This document shows, one piece after another, positions 13,102 to 25,739 of a stretch of 64,000 nt of DNA (positions are counted from its first letter, which is position 1; every line of letters begins with the position of its first letter). This stretch comes from the human T2T-CHM13v2.0 reference genome, Homo sapiens. The stretch lies in NCBI RefSeq assembly GCF_009914755.1, contig NC_060935.1, one strand, 5' to 3'. The translations under genes and the position numbers were made by a program. The notes below the pieces were generated by a model. That model saw only the letters and a list, made by a program, of their open reading frames with translations. It was not told where the DNA came from and ran no database searches.

Positions 13102-14343
13102 TGGCTGAGCACAGACACAGCAGGTGACCTGTGGTGATGCCAGGGCATCAGCGCTTGGCCTCCCCACACTGCTCCAGGGCAAACCTGGCCTCCTGGCTGC
13201 ATCAGGAGGCACACGTGATGCATCCGTCATCTCGGGACCAGTTTTGAGACAAACATCCTATAGGGCAGGACCGTGAACTGGGTAGCTCTACAGAGTGTGA
13301 GGGGCTGGAGACCTCCTGCCCACTGGCCACGGATGCCACGGATGCCCTTGAGAGTTAGGAGAGGTGGAAGGGACCCCACTTCTCCCTGGGAGCTCCAACT
13401 TCTCTTGCATGTGACTTCAGTGCCCACTTCTGGGGACTGTGATCCCAAACTGCCAAATTCTCTAGCAGCTCTCTTAAAACCAAATGTGAAGGATTCTGGC
13501 TTTTTCTGTCCTCTGAGCCCAGCGTGGGGTATTTGAGATAGCTGTGCTGCCACCAGGACAGGGGCGTGCACCTTGTCTTCCCAGGAGAGAAAACAGCAAA
13601 GCCTGTTTGCTCCCTAGTACCTCGTGCAAAGGTGCCATCTGTGGCCCTGCTCGCTGCTTCCTCTGAGGCAGACATAGTAGTGACTGTGTTCTGATACAAA
13701 GATGGCACTTGCCCGATGCTGCACTGCAGCACCAATGCAGAGGCCCTGGCAAATGTTCGCAGAAGCCCCCGTCCCAGGGCGTGGTCCCCCTTGGAGGAAA
13801 AGGGCACCTGTTTTGAAAACACTTGGTTATCATGGTGCCAGAAAGCACTAGTTTAGGCCCCACATGAAACAGTGGCCTTGCCCTCCCAGCATGGGAGAGC
13901 CCTCATCTTCCAGGTGGTGGGGGGAGCACAGCATTTGAAGCCCACTCCCCTTTGACCACTTGCTGTTGTCCAGACAGACATCACGCACGTGGGCCTTGCA
14001 TTGGTTCCTGCTTACTTTGTCTCTGCTGACCCGGTTTCTGCTCCTTGAAGTCTCAGCCCCCTTCTTCCATGATTCCAAGGCATGTCCCTCTAAGGAGGCT
14101 TGACCCCACCCTGGAGGGCCTGCTTCCCACTCTCTGCCTTCCATGCCCCATGGGAGGGCTCCATGTGGCCCAGTCCCTTGGAGGCTGGACCCCACTGTTC
14201 CGGACTCTGGGCTGTTGGAAGCCAGGCCCTGCCTCAGTTGTGCCAAGTGGCCAGGGTTCTATGCCTGGCAGAGGAGGTGTGGGAGGCCAAGCGCTGATGC
14301 CCTGGCATCACCACAGGTCACCTGCTGTGTATGTGCTCAGCCA
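13102..14343. repeat. Inverted repeat: arms 13102-13169 and 14277-14343, spacer about 1.1 kb
   Basis: The reverse complement of the left arm equals the right arm except for one substitution and a 1-nt indel in a G run. Confidence 0.95.
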
Positions 14344-15569
14344 TCCAAGTAATATGATCCATTCCCTTCTCAGCAGCCGTCCCTTTACCCTTTGGTCATT
14401 TCTGCATCCATCTCTCCCTCTCGGACCTCTTCCCAGTGCCTGGGACTAACCCGAATGTCTCAGCTTACCAGCAGTTGTAAGGATGCTGTCACATCTTATG
14501 CATGGCAGAGAGGGGACAAACCCACAGTGTTCGCAACCCTTTGTGCTCGCAGGCACCAGCCCAGCCCGCCAAGCTCCAGTTCATTCAGGATGGCTCACCT
14601 GCATCCCCACCTCCTTGGCAGGAGGCTGGGTGGTGTTCCCTGCCCCTTGGGGCTTTCCTGGGCATCCCATGTGGAAGTCAGCAGGCAAGACCAAGTCCAG
14701 GCTTCCGCTCCACTGGGCACCAGGCTCCCCAGGACTTAGATGCCATCAGGATTGGGCTGGGACCCGACCACATCTCAGTGAGCCCCCGGGACGTGCTCCC
14801 GCCTGCCCGCTGGAGCCGGCACAAAGGGCGATTGTGCCAACCAATGCCCAGTGCCCCCACAGCTCCGGATTCAGGGCTGAGACCATTGTCTCCATGCAAA
14901 TGGGGGCTTTCTGCGCATGCTAACGGGCAGGTGGGCGTGGCCGGGGGCTGGGGACCCAGCCTGTGTGCGGCCTGGAGAAGCATCGCTTGCTGCTTGCTGA
15001 ATGCGGGGCAGCCCGAATCGATGCCGTCCATTCAGCCTGGTTAGTGTTATGAAGTCATTAGTGCTGTCTGCGGAATGTTAATGAGGGGCAAGTGCGGAGA
15101 AAGTCAGGCGCCTTTTGTGGAATGCTCCTCCACGGAGAAGATTTCTCTTTCCTGCTGGAGTTTGTTCTTTCCTAACTTGATAAGTCAGCCCAGGCTGGAA
15201 CCACCAGCTTTCTGGAGCCTGAGCTGTTGGCCTGGCCCCCAGGGACAGAGCGACCCCTGATAATCCGGAGTCCCCTTTGCCCAGGAGGCTCTTGGAGAGC
15301 CCTGGCTTGGGGAGAAGGAGATGCTGATCCCAGGGCAGATGCCACTCCTGGGGAAGCCCCACAGCCCCACTCCCGCAAGGGGGGTACGAACAGCCACACT
15401 GAGTCCCCCGCAAAGTCAAACCCAGGCCTCGACCTTGTCTGGCTGTGCTTTCTGTTGTGTGAACCTGCAGGTTAGGCAGAAGTCCCCTTGACCCTGCCTC
15501 AGGGCTGCTACCTGTCTGCGCCATCCACCTGCACACAAGCCCCTTCAGCTCGTGCTCTAGCTGGTGCTG

Positions 15570-15690
15570 TGCAGTGTTGGCCCCATTTATAGATGGAGAA
15601 ACGGAAGGCCAGGGCCATGTGGGGAACTCCTGAGGACACCTGTGTGTCCTGACACCTCACTGAGCCTGTCGAGAGGCACAGGCAGGTATG
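15570..15690 (-). mobile_element. MIR SINE fragment
   Basis: cccatttatagatggagaaacggaaggccagg is the reverse MIR core. Confidence 0.45.
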
Positions 15691-16664
15691 GCAGTGGCAG
15701 ACCTCAGGGGAGGGAGGCTGGGAAGGTAGAAGGTCCCCCATGGTAGCATCAGAACACAGACTAACCTGCAGCAAAAATGGGCTGTGTGGTCCCTGTAGAG
15801 CAGCCTCACTGAGGGGAGGCACCAGCCCTCATCCCACGCAGCAGGGCCCGCTGCTGCTCCCTCAACCTTCTGACCTGGGTGGGGAGGGAGGGGAATGTCA
15901 GCAGCCACCCAGCCCGAGAGCCAGAGCACAGCAGGGGCTGGCCAGCCTAGCCCTAGAGTCTTTGCAGTGAAGCGTCACAGACTGCTCATGAAGGATGCAT
16001 GGGGACCCAACCGCATGCCACTTGGCTTGGCAGTGTCAAAGGGACTGGGGACCTGCGAGGATGCGGTGGCCATTGTCTGTGCCCAGCCTGGGGAGCCTGA
16101 CACTCACAGCCCGGCTGCTGCTGCCTTGGGCGTCCTGAAGATCCTCTGTATGCTTGTGGGGTGGGGGCAGACACACAGGCAGCCTCCTGCCCAGAGGGTC
16201 CAAGCGGGCATGGCCATCCACATCTGCAGGTCAGAAGAGGCCTGGGCTGGAGCCGCATACTGGCCATGCTGCCTCGCTGTCCCTGCCTCAGAGCCACTGT
16301 ATTCACTCTGCCTGGAACTGTCTTTCCTGGATCCCAGGAGTCCTGAAGGAGCCGCCTCCATCCTGAGCTGCCTACCCTGCCCCTCCTCCACTCCAGTTGT
16401 CTCCACAGCCAGGTCACCATTGACCAGGTTGTCCAGTCCCCTCCTCATAGGGGAGTGGCCCTTTGTCTTTCACCACTGACCCTTCCCAAGCTGGTACCAT
16501 GCCTAACCCATGGTGGGTACACGATAAAAATGCAGGGCTGTGCCACCAGGGTTTTGTCTTGACAAAGGGACTGGAGGCAGGTTGTCAGAGTAGGGCTGGC
16601 CGGAGGTGGCCTCCTGAATGCCCCTAGGAGGCCAGAGGAGACTTCCCCAAATTCACTGGTCCTG

Positions 16665-16814
16665 GAGGCCGCCTCAGAGGCCTTTTGCTGCTCAGAGAAC
16701 ACTGGGCTGGAAGGTCGTGGTCTGTGACGTAGGATCGGGGAGGCCACCTCAGAGGCCTTTTGCTGCTCAGAGAACACTGGGCTGTAAGGTCGTGGTCTGT
16801 GACGTAGGATCGGG
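16665..16814. repeat. Tandem duplication, 2 x 75 bp, 2 mismatches
   Basis: gaggcc(g/a)cctcagaggccttttgctgctcagagaacactgggctg(g/t)aaggtcgtggtctgtgacgtaggatcggg occurs twice. Confidence 0.95.
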
Positions 16815-17349
16815 CAGCACGCACCTTTCCACCTGGCCTGGAGGTGATTCTGAAGGGCTTCTGGAGAGGCGTCTTCAAAGCTGTGCCTGTGTGTGTCACC
16901 ACGTGTTTGCCAGGTGACCTGGGACTATTGTGTGGTTTCCCGTTTGTGAAGTGGGGCAGCGTGCTGGAGGAGCATGCATCACATACCCAGAGGTCCCCAG
17001 TGTGGTCTGGGGACTCATCGTTCACACTCGTGTGTGTGCTTTCTGGAGGCATGCGTCATGGAACAGCCTCACCTCTCACTTCTGCACTTGTGAGCCTGGT
17101 TCTCACAGGGTCAGGCTGTAGCCTCCTCCTGCTCCCGGCTCCGCGTCCTCAGCCCAACACACCAAGCCTGGCCTTTCATGCACTCCTCCATTCAAAGCCG
17201 TGTGTTCTGATTGTGCACTTTTGGTGGCTGCCACAGGATTAAATCCTGAATGCTTTGCCAGTTGAGATCAAAAGTCACCCCAACTCCTCTGAAACCTCAC
17301 TGGGACCTCAAGGTGCTCCAGATCCTACTGCCTCCTGCCGTTTCCTGGG

Positions 17350-18320
17350 CCTTTGTTGCCCAGTATTTTGGTTTTGTCTTTTAAACAATCCTCTTTTTGT
17401 TGATGCTGCATACATTGAGATATTTACTCACAGACTTGCAGTTTTCTGTCTCACCATTTGGATTTAATTTCCTTTTTCCTGAAGTCTGTGTTTCTTTCAG
17501 TGAAGGTAAACTCTCAGTTTCAGTTTGTCTGAAATATTTTTACTTTGCCTTTATTCTTGGATGATGGTTTCGTTGGGAGAAAGTAACAGGTTAATATGTA
17601 CATTTTGTCTGAAGACTCTGGAGCTGTAACACTGCAGTCTCCTGGCTTCTGTGGGTCATCAGGCTAATTGATTTTCCTTTGTAAGTGACCCTCCCTACCT
17701 CTAGTGACTTCAGAAACCTTCCTTTTGACTTTAGTGTTCAGAAGTTTCAATGTACTGTACCAAGGTGGTGCATTATTTTTATTTATCATGCCTACACTTT
17801 GTTGTGATTCCTGAATCTGAGGGTTTATGTCTTTCATCAACCGTGGAAAGTCAGTACCATTATGTTGTAGAATATTGCCTCCCCTAATGCTTCTGATCTT
17901 TTCCAGAAACTTCTATTTGACCATCTCATTGTCTTCCTCAGCTGTCTCATAGATTTTCTATCTCTGTCTCCCTCTGCTTCATTCACAGAATTTTCTATGC
18001 AGTTTCTAACTCTTGAGATGTTTCTGTTCCACTGCTTTATCTACCCACTGAGACTTTCAGTTATATATTTTTTCCTTCCCTATAAATCCTTGTATGGGGG
18101 TTTAATTTGCTTGATTTTAGCATCTTGTACCTTTCTCATATTTTAAACTACAACTTTTAATCTTTAGGTCATTTGAACATGCATATTTTGTACCCTCTAT
18201 CCTGTCATTTCATCATCTGCAGTTCTTGGAGAGTCTAATTCTGTTCACTGTAGTTTTTTCTGACTCTTGCTCATGATGGCTCATTTCATTGTGGGTTTGC
18301 AATTTAGATCATGAGTTTGT
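17350..18320 (-). mobile_element. Ancient L1M (L1ME-type) 5'/ORF1-region fragment
   Basis: T-rich degenerate sequence resembling antisense old L1 ORF1, e.g. ctcagtttcagtttgtctgaaatatttttactttgcctttattcttg. Confidence 0.55.
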
Positions 18321-18740
18321 GTGGTGGATGTTTTTGTTTGTGGGGTTCCTATGTATCCTGTATAAGGTACATGCCTCTGGAGAAGCTGCACTTTTGCTTG
18401 TACAGGGTGACCCAGTGAACCAATCCAGGACCTTCATGATCCATGTTTTAGATATGGGATCTTCTAGACAACCTATGCAGTGTAAACAGAAACCCCAATC
18501 TCCTGTGAGAGCAAGTCTAAGTAACACATATTGAGAAGAGAGTTTTATTTTATAAAATAAAACTGTCTTTATTTGCAGAAGACATGGTTATCTATGTAGA
18601 AAATCTGATGAACATGCAAGATGACCACTATGACTAATATATGAGTTTAGTAAGGTGGCAGATACAAGATTAATATGCAAAAATCAATTCCATTCATATA
18701 TTCTTGCAGCAAATAACCAGAAATTGAGATTTTTAAAATA

Positions 18741-19460
18741 CAGGCGTGTCTCATTCTTATTGACTGCACTTTGCTGATAATGCATTTTTTACAAATTGAA
18801 GGTTTGTGGCAACCTTGCTCAAGTTGAAGCCAGTACTCACGTACCATTTCAACAATCCTAGGGCCCTTAAGAATTATGCTAAATCTACTCTGCTTATGCT
18901 CTATAATGAAGCAACAAAGCCCGATGACAGTACATCTGTTGACAACATGGTTTACTGAATATGTTGAGCCCATTTTCGAGACCTATTGCTCAGACAAAAA
19001 GATCCCTCTCAAAATGTTACTGCTCATTGACAGTGCACCTGGTCATCCAAGACCTCTGATGGAGATGTACAAGAAGATTAGTGTTGTTCTTATGGCTGCT
19101 AACACAACATCCATTCTGCAGCCCATAATCAAGGAGTAATGCCAACTTTGAAGTCTTATTATTTAAGAAATACATTTTATAAGGCTATAGCGGCCATAGA
19201 TAGTGATTGCTTTGATGAATCTGGGCAAAGTAAATTGAAAACATTTTAGAAAAGAATCACCATTCTAGATGAAATTAAGAACATTAGTGATTCATGGAAG
19301 AACGTCAAAATATCAGCATTAACAGGAATTGGGAAAAAGTTGATTCCAACCCTCATGGATGACTGAGGGGTTGAAGATTTCAGTGGAGGAAGTAACTACT
19401 GATGTTGTGAAAACTGCAAGAGAACTAGAATTAGAAGTGGAGCCTGAAGATGTGGCTGAA
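18741..19460 (+). mobile_element. Tigger1 DNA transposon fragment: 5' end joined to a DDE transposase remnant
   Basis: TA|caggcgtgtctc...ttttttacaaattgaaggtttgtggcaacc is the Tigger1 left end. ORF 18876..19139 ([11 protein letters not shown]...NTTSILQP) is pogo/Tigger DDE-like. Confidence 0.88.
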
Positions 19461-20900
19461 ATATCATTAGTTATTAGAGAAATGCAAATAAAAAACACAA
19501 TGAAATACCACGGCCCAATTATTATATTATATAAAATGAGGGAGATGGATGATACCAAGTGTTGGTAAAGATGTGTCGGAGGTGGAACTCTCATATGCTC
19601 CCGGTGAGAATGCAAAGTCCAAAGCGATGCAACCATTTGGGAAACAGTTCAGCAGTTTCTTGATGTGTTAAATACATACCTACCATATTCTACAGCGATT
19701 CTATTCCTAGGTATTTATCCAGGAGAAATAAGATCATATGCATGCCACCATTTGTACATGGAATATTCATAGCAGCTTTATAAAAACTGGAAACCCCAAA
19801 CTGGAAGCAACCCAAATACCCATCAACATTTGAATAGATTTTTTTCAAAGTTGTAGTATATTCCTAAAATGGAATACTACTTAGAAATACAAAGGAATGA
19901 ACCACTGATATGCCTACAATATGGATAAATTGCAACATAATTATGGTGAGTGAAAGAAGCCAGACAAAAAAAAAAAGAGTACATGGTATCTTATTTATGT
20001 AAAAATCTAGAAAATGACCACTAATATAGAGTGACAAACAAGTCAGTGGTTATCAGTGGTTACCTGGGGATCAGGGGTAGTAGTAGGAGGGAAAAGGACA
20101 AAAGGGCACAAAAAAACTTTTGGGGCAGTGGATATGTTCATTATCATAATCATGGCGGTGGTTTCATCATGTGTCAAAAGTTACCAAATTGCACACTTTA
20201 AACATAAGCAAGTTATGTCAATTATATCTCAATAAAACTGTTTATAATATATAATATAAATATATAATATATATTTTGCATAGCAAAAAAACATACTGAA
20301 AATAATTTTTTATTGATAACCTAAAGAAACCAGTTGCCACTCACCTATAGGCATGGGGCTAATTTAATTGCTATATAAAAACGCTCTTGTAAATCAAGAT
20401 AGAAGTTAAAGGATATTAAAACAGTTCACAGAAAAGGAAATACCAATAATTCTTAAGAATGAAAATATGCTGGATGACTTCAATTATGACAAGAGAAATG
20501 CAAACTAAAGCAATGGGGTTTTTGAAACTTATCTGATTATTAAATATCAAAGAGTTTGATAACACTCTATGGGTATGTGTACATGGAAACTCTCAGTCTC
20601 AGTCATTGATGTTAGAAAAATAAATTGATACAAACCTCTGTGGAGATAAATAAGGCAATTTCAATCAAAATTAAAGATGCATATGCCTTTGAATCATTCT
20701 AGAAATTTATTCTACACATATCTTACACATTTGCAAAATAATCCATCATCAGGATATTGATTTCTGCAATTGTTAAATAGCAAAAAATTGCAAACCACCG
20801 ACATACCCATCAGTGGAGGTCTGCTTCAAGTATCATATCTCCGTTAAACAGCCATCAAAACTGTGAAGCTTCACTCTCATCACTGATGCAGGACATCCCT
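19460..20900 (+). mobile_element. Old L1MC/L1ME 3'-end fragments, sense orientation
   Basis: attagagaaatgcaaataaaaaacacaatgaaatacca..., tgagtgaaagaagccagaca, and a 3' end tatctcaataaa at ~20230. Confidence 0.7.
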
Positions 20901-20989
20901 GATATCTGATCCTAGAAATAACAGTACATCTTTCAGAAGAGTATGAAATCTGCCATCATGTGGGGGCAAATACAATGGTTTACAAAACA

Positions 20990-22060
20990 AAGTTTTATCT
21001 ACCTTCCTTGTTCTGTGTCTTGGAACTGTTTGAAGAACATTGGGATTATCTTTTCTGTAGAGGTTAAATAGAATTGAGTTGTAAAACCATCTGGGCCTGA
21101 TACATGTTTTATAGGATATCTTTAGTAATTTCTTTTTAGTCTGTTTTATGATATGTTGTTCTAAATTAGTTTATTGCATCTTTTGGAGTAATTTATTCAT
21201 TGCTATTTAATTTCCTCAAGCATTTCAATTGTGTTGCCACTTGGTAGCAACTGATTTTTTCCTTTAGTGATTTTATGGTCTTCTCTATCATCTCTTCGTT
21301 TTTCTTTTCCTTTATGCCTGAACTTTTGTGGTTTTTCTCCTTTTTTCTTAATCAAGCACATGAGAAATTTATGTTTTATTTATATTTTATTATCAGAAAA
21401 CTATCTTTGTACTCTTTGTTATCTATTTCATTAATCTAAGCTTTTATAGCTATTAATTCCCTTTTCTTGGCTAACTCTATTTTTGTTTTCTTTTACTTAA
21501 GAGTCATAGTTCATTTATTTGAAGTTCTTCTACTACAGGCATTTTTAAAGGCTATAAATTTTCCTCTGATTGCAGCTTTAGCTGTGACACGTAGATCTGA
21601 TTATGAAATATGTTCCTTTTCATTGCTTTCTTGATAGTTTTAATTTTGTGTTTTGATTTTTCTCTTTAGAGTTCTTTTAATGTCTTCTTAATTTTTAAGC
21701 AGTAAATTTTTATCACTGTTATTTATTTCTAATTTAGTAGGCTTACAGTGAAAGGATGTAGCCTATGAAGTCTCCGCTTTTTTTAAAATGAAGATTTTCT
21801 TTGTCTCCAAGTATGAAAATAACATCATTATTTTTGTAAATGCTCCACAGACCTCAGAAAATATCTTCTGTATTTGTATAACACAAAGTTTTATTTGTAT
21901 ACATGGACAGACAAAATGTACATTGAGATGGATTGTGTATATATACTTATTCATTGCCTCATTTAGGTCTGCTCTGCCCTTAGTTAAAAAAAAAAAAAAA
22001 AAACCCTAATACATCTGCCAAATTCTGAGACAGGAAAATTAAATCTTCCTGTACAATTAT
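20990..22060 (-). mobile_element. Old L1M ORF2 fragment
   Basis: gtaaaaccatctgggcctg and ggctataaattttcctctgattgcagctttagctg are antisense L1 ORF2 hallmarks. Confidence 0.65.
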
Positions 22061-22084
22061 GTTTCTAAAAATTGAGTGGCAGGT

Positions 22085-22295
22085 TTCATGGAGTGGTTTG
22101 GAGCACAGCCTATACGGCCAACCTTCTTTAGGGTCATAGCCCAGCTCTGCCATTTTCTTATGTGGCCCTAAGCAAGCTACTGCATTCTCTGTGCCTCAGT
22201 TTCCACATCTGTGAAATCAGGATCCTAACTGCCTGCTCCCAGGACTCCTGTGTTGACTGAGTGAGTTAGAACATGTAAGTGCTCACCCAGGACCC
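22085..22295 (+). mobile_element. MIR SINE
   Basis: cccagctctgcca...ctctgtgcctcagtttccacatctgtgaaat core. Confidence 0.7.
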
Positions 22296-22922
22296 ATATG
22301 CAGCAAACAGTCTTGTGTCTCTGTCTGCTGCCAAATTGGCCCCAGGCTCTATCAATACCAGATCTGAATAGGGGCTATTCTTTCTTTTAGTGTCCTTAAT
22401 GTTGTATTACTTTCCAATATTCACACTTTAACTTTACAGATGAGTAGAATGGAATAGATGTGTTTCAGTACAGAACTTTTTTCTTATGTTTGCTTGGGCT
22501 CCCCTCCTCTCTGTTACCTATGTTGATAATCTAGGATTTGTTGTCTTACATTTTTCCTGATGTTCATATAATATTCAATGAAATAAAATACATGTGACAT
22601 AATGAAGGCATTATCATTGTTTTCCAAACTCACGGGATCATATCATACCTGCTTTCTGCATCTTGTTTTTCTCAATCAGTAAAATCGTAAAAATGCCTCT
22701 AAGGCTGCTGAAACAATTTTATTTTGATTTAATTCTATCTCTAATTGAATTTTATTTCTATTTCAATTCTATTCTAAAATTTATAATCTCTGCTTAATTT
22801 CCTTTGGTGTACATACTCTGTGATGTTCTCTATCGCTTAAAATTCATTTTGTTCAAGAACATAGGTTCTTGAACCTGTTTCTATGTACAGAACTTTTATT
22901 TCTATGTGTTAACTTTCCAGGA

Positions 22923-23329
22923 TGTATTAGTTTGCTAGGACTGCCATAACAAAATACCACAGGCTGGGTGGCTTAGACAGCAGACATTTATTTCTCACAA
23001 TTCTGGAGGATAGAAGTCTGAGATCAAGGTGTCAGCAAGGCTGCTTTCCCTGAGGCCTCTTTCCTTGCCTTGCAGATGGCCGCCTTCTTCCTGTGTCATC
23101 ACATGACCATTGCTCTGGGCACTTGCACCCTGGTGTTTCTCTGTGTGTCCAAATATCCTTTTCTTTAAGGGCACCAGTCACACTGGATTAGGGCCCACCC
23201 TAACAGCCTCATTGTAGCTTCATCACCTCTTTAAAGGTCCTGTCTCCAAGAATGCTGAGTCACGTGCCGAGGTATTAAAGACCAGGGCTTCAACTGCAAA
23301 CCTTGTGGGACACAATTCAGCCCGTGACA
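22923..23329 (-). mobile_element. MLT1-family MaLR solo LTR
   Basis: tgtattagtttgctaggactgccataacaaaataccaca...gggacacaattcagcccgtgaca. Confidence 0.82.
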
Positions 23330-23478
23330 CAGGAATAGGCTTGTTAATTTCAGTGATGTAGCCAGGTTGTTTTTCTCGTTTTGTCTGACCTTGAATTCCA
23401 CAGGCAGGGTTCCTCTTTCCCGGCCGGCATTCCTGCCCACCAGTCCTGGCAGAGTGACTTATTGTCAGCCAAGTGGGG

Positions 23479-23663
23479 CAGAGTTTCTCCACTGTACCTC
23501 TATTGAAATCTAGTGCCGGATAATTCTTTGTTGAGGGAGGAAGTCCTGTCTATTGCAGGATGTTTAGCAGCATCTCCGGCCTCAGTTATGACCACCAAAA
23601 ACATCTCCACATGTTGCTACATGTCCCCTGGAGGGCAAAATTGCCCCCAGTTGTGACCTGCTG
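23479..23663 (+). mobile_element. MER20-like hAT DNA transposon
   Basis: ggataattctttgttg...tgcaggatgtttagcagcatc...tgtcccctggagggcaaaattgcccccagttg. Confidence 0.75.
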
Positions 23664-25246
23664 AGCTAAAGCAGTCCCTCAGGATTGTTTCTTAAAACAA
23701 AACAAACTGTTTATTTGGCCATAATTTTGAACTACAGAAAAATTACAAGCACGAGATATAAAAACACCTACATACCCTTCACTAAGATTTACCAGTTTAC
23801 TAATTGTTACATTTTGCCACATTTGCTTTATCATTTGAACCCCTTTCTCTACATTATATTCACATAACATGTTTTTCTGAAACATCTGTGAGTTGCATAC
23901 TCCACAGCTCTTTGCCCCTAAACATTTTGCTGTGTATTTCTGAAAAATAAAGATATTATCTTTGAAAGCAGTAATACAGTTATTGACTTCTGCAATTAAA
24001 CATCAATATAATACTTGGACCTAATTTAATGCCTATGTTCCCATTTTGTCAGTTGCCATGACAATGTCCTTTGTGGCATTTTTTCCTCCACTGCAAGATC
24101 CAGTTCAGGGTCAGTACTGCCTTTAGATGTGTCTCTTCAGTCTTGTTTAATCTGGAACATTTCTAGTCTCTTTCTCTGTTATGACACTGATATTTTTTAA
24201 AGATACAGTCCTGCCACTTCTTGGGGGAGTCTGATGTTTCCTCAGGTTAGATCCACGTTGTGTACTCTGTAAGTGACCTGATGTCCTTCTCAGTGTACCA
24301 CGTCCTGAGGCACACAGCGTATCTGCCCCTTATTAACGATGTTATTTTGATCACCAAATTGAGGCCGTTATCCACTTTTCTACCTTACAGTTACTATATT
24401 TTGCCTTGCAACCAATAAACAATCGGGGGAGATTCTTTAAGGCCATGCATATACCCTGCTACTTGTTAAAAAAAAAAAAAAAGTCTCTCCAGATTTAAAT
24501 GCTTTTGGAAACCAGGCTTTACTGTGGTAGTTGCAAAAATGATCATTTTCCAACTCTAGCACCCCTTCCACGAAAGTACAGAAAGAAAAAAAAATACTGT
24601 CCAGTTGGAATGGTTACCTCATTGTGGTTTTGATTTGCATTTTCCTAATGATGCTGAGCATTTTTCCACGTGCCTAGTGCCCAATTGTGTATCTTCTTTA
24701 GTGAAATATTTATTCAGATCTTTTGCCCGTTTAAAAAAATGACACTTTCAAGCTTTTTATTTTTAGACATTCATATGCAGTGGTAAGAAATAATAGGGAT
24801 CCCATGCACCCTTTAGTTAGTTTCCGTCAGTGGTAGCATCTTCTAAAACCATAGCACAATATGATAACCAGGATGTCAACAGCAAGAGTCCAGATGCAGA
24901 GTGCTCCCGTCGCCACGGGGTTCCCATTATTTGTCCTTTTACACGGACTTTCTCCCATCCCATCCCTCCAATCCCTGGTGACCACTCATCTGTTCTCTGA
25001 TTCTGTAGTTTTGTCTTTTCAAAAATGCCACGTAAATGGAATCACACAATACACGATATCTTAGAAACGGGGTCTTTTGGCTCGGCATCATTCTCTGGAT
25101 TCATTCCGGTTGTTTTGTATCGCGACAGTTCATTAAATCATAGTGCTGAGTGGAGTTTCATGGTATGGACATATACCCCAGTTTATTTAACCATTCCCTC
25201 ATCCAAGGACATGTGGGTCATTCCCAGTTTGGGCTATTACAAATCA

Positions 25247-25739
25247 GAGTAGGCTGAACAATGGCCCCCAAAGTAGCCAGGTCCTAACGCCTAGAACCTG
25301 TGACTATCGCCTTCTATGGCAAAGGGCACTCTGCAGATGTGTCAAATTAAGGACCTTGAGATGGAGAGATCATCCTGGGTTATCTGAATGGGCCCGGTGT
25401 AATCACAAGGGTCCTTATAACAGGGAGGCAGAAGAATGACTACAGAAGAGAAAAAGGGTTACGTGGCCACGGAAGCAGGGGCAGGAAATGGCAATGTGAT
25501 TTGAGGAAGGGGTCACAAACCAAAGAACGCTTCCAGAAGAAAAGGCAAGGAAAGGGAAGGGATGCTCCCCTGAAGCCTCCAGAAGGAACCAGCCCTGCTG
25601 ACACCTTGATTTTTCGTCCCCTAAGACTCTTTTCAGACTTCTGGCCTCTAGAACTGTGAGAAAAAAAAAAAAAGCGTGTCTTGTTTTAAGCCACTAAGTT
25701 TGTGGAAATGTATTACAGCAGCCATGGGAACCTTATACA
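25247..25739 (+). mobile_element. MLT1C/D-like MaLR solo LTR
   Basis: aatggcccccaaa...gaccttgagatggagagatcatcctgg...ttttaagccactaagtttgtgg...ttataca. Confidence 0.82.

Noticed and set aside
12907-16814. CRISPR-like repeat array
   Set aside because: Eukaryotic intron; these are only two-copy tandem duplications with no repeat-spacer structure.
18876-19139. Possible domesticated TIGD-like transposase gene
   Set aside because: A short, interrupted Tigger1 remnant with no DNA-binding domain region and a stop near the conserved QPMDQ motif.
21985-22003. Orphan polyA runs (also ~24467-24482) as processed-pseudogene tails
   Set aside because: No upstream mRNA-like body or TSD; they sit in decayed L1 sequence.
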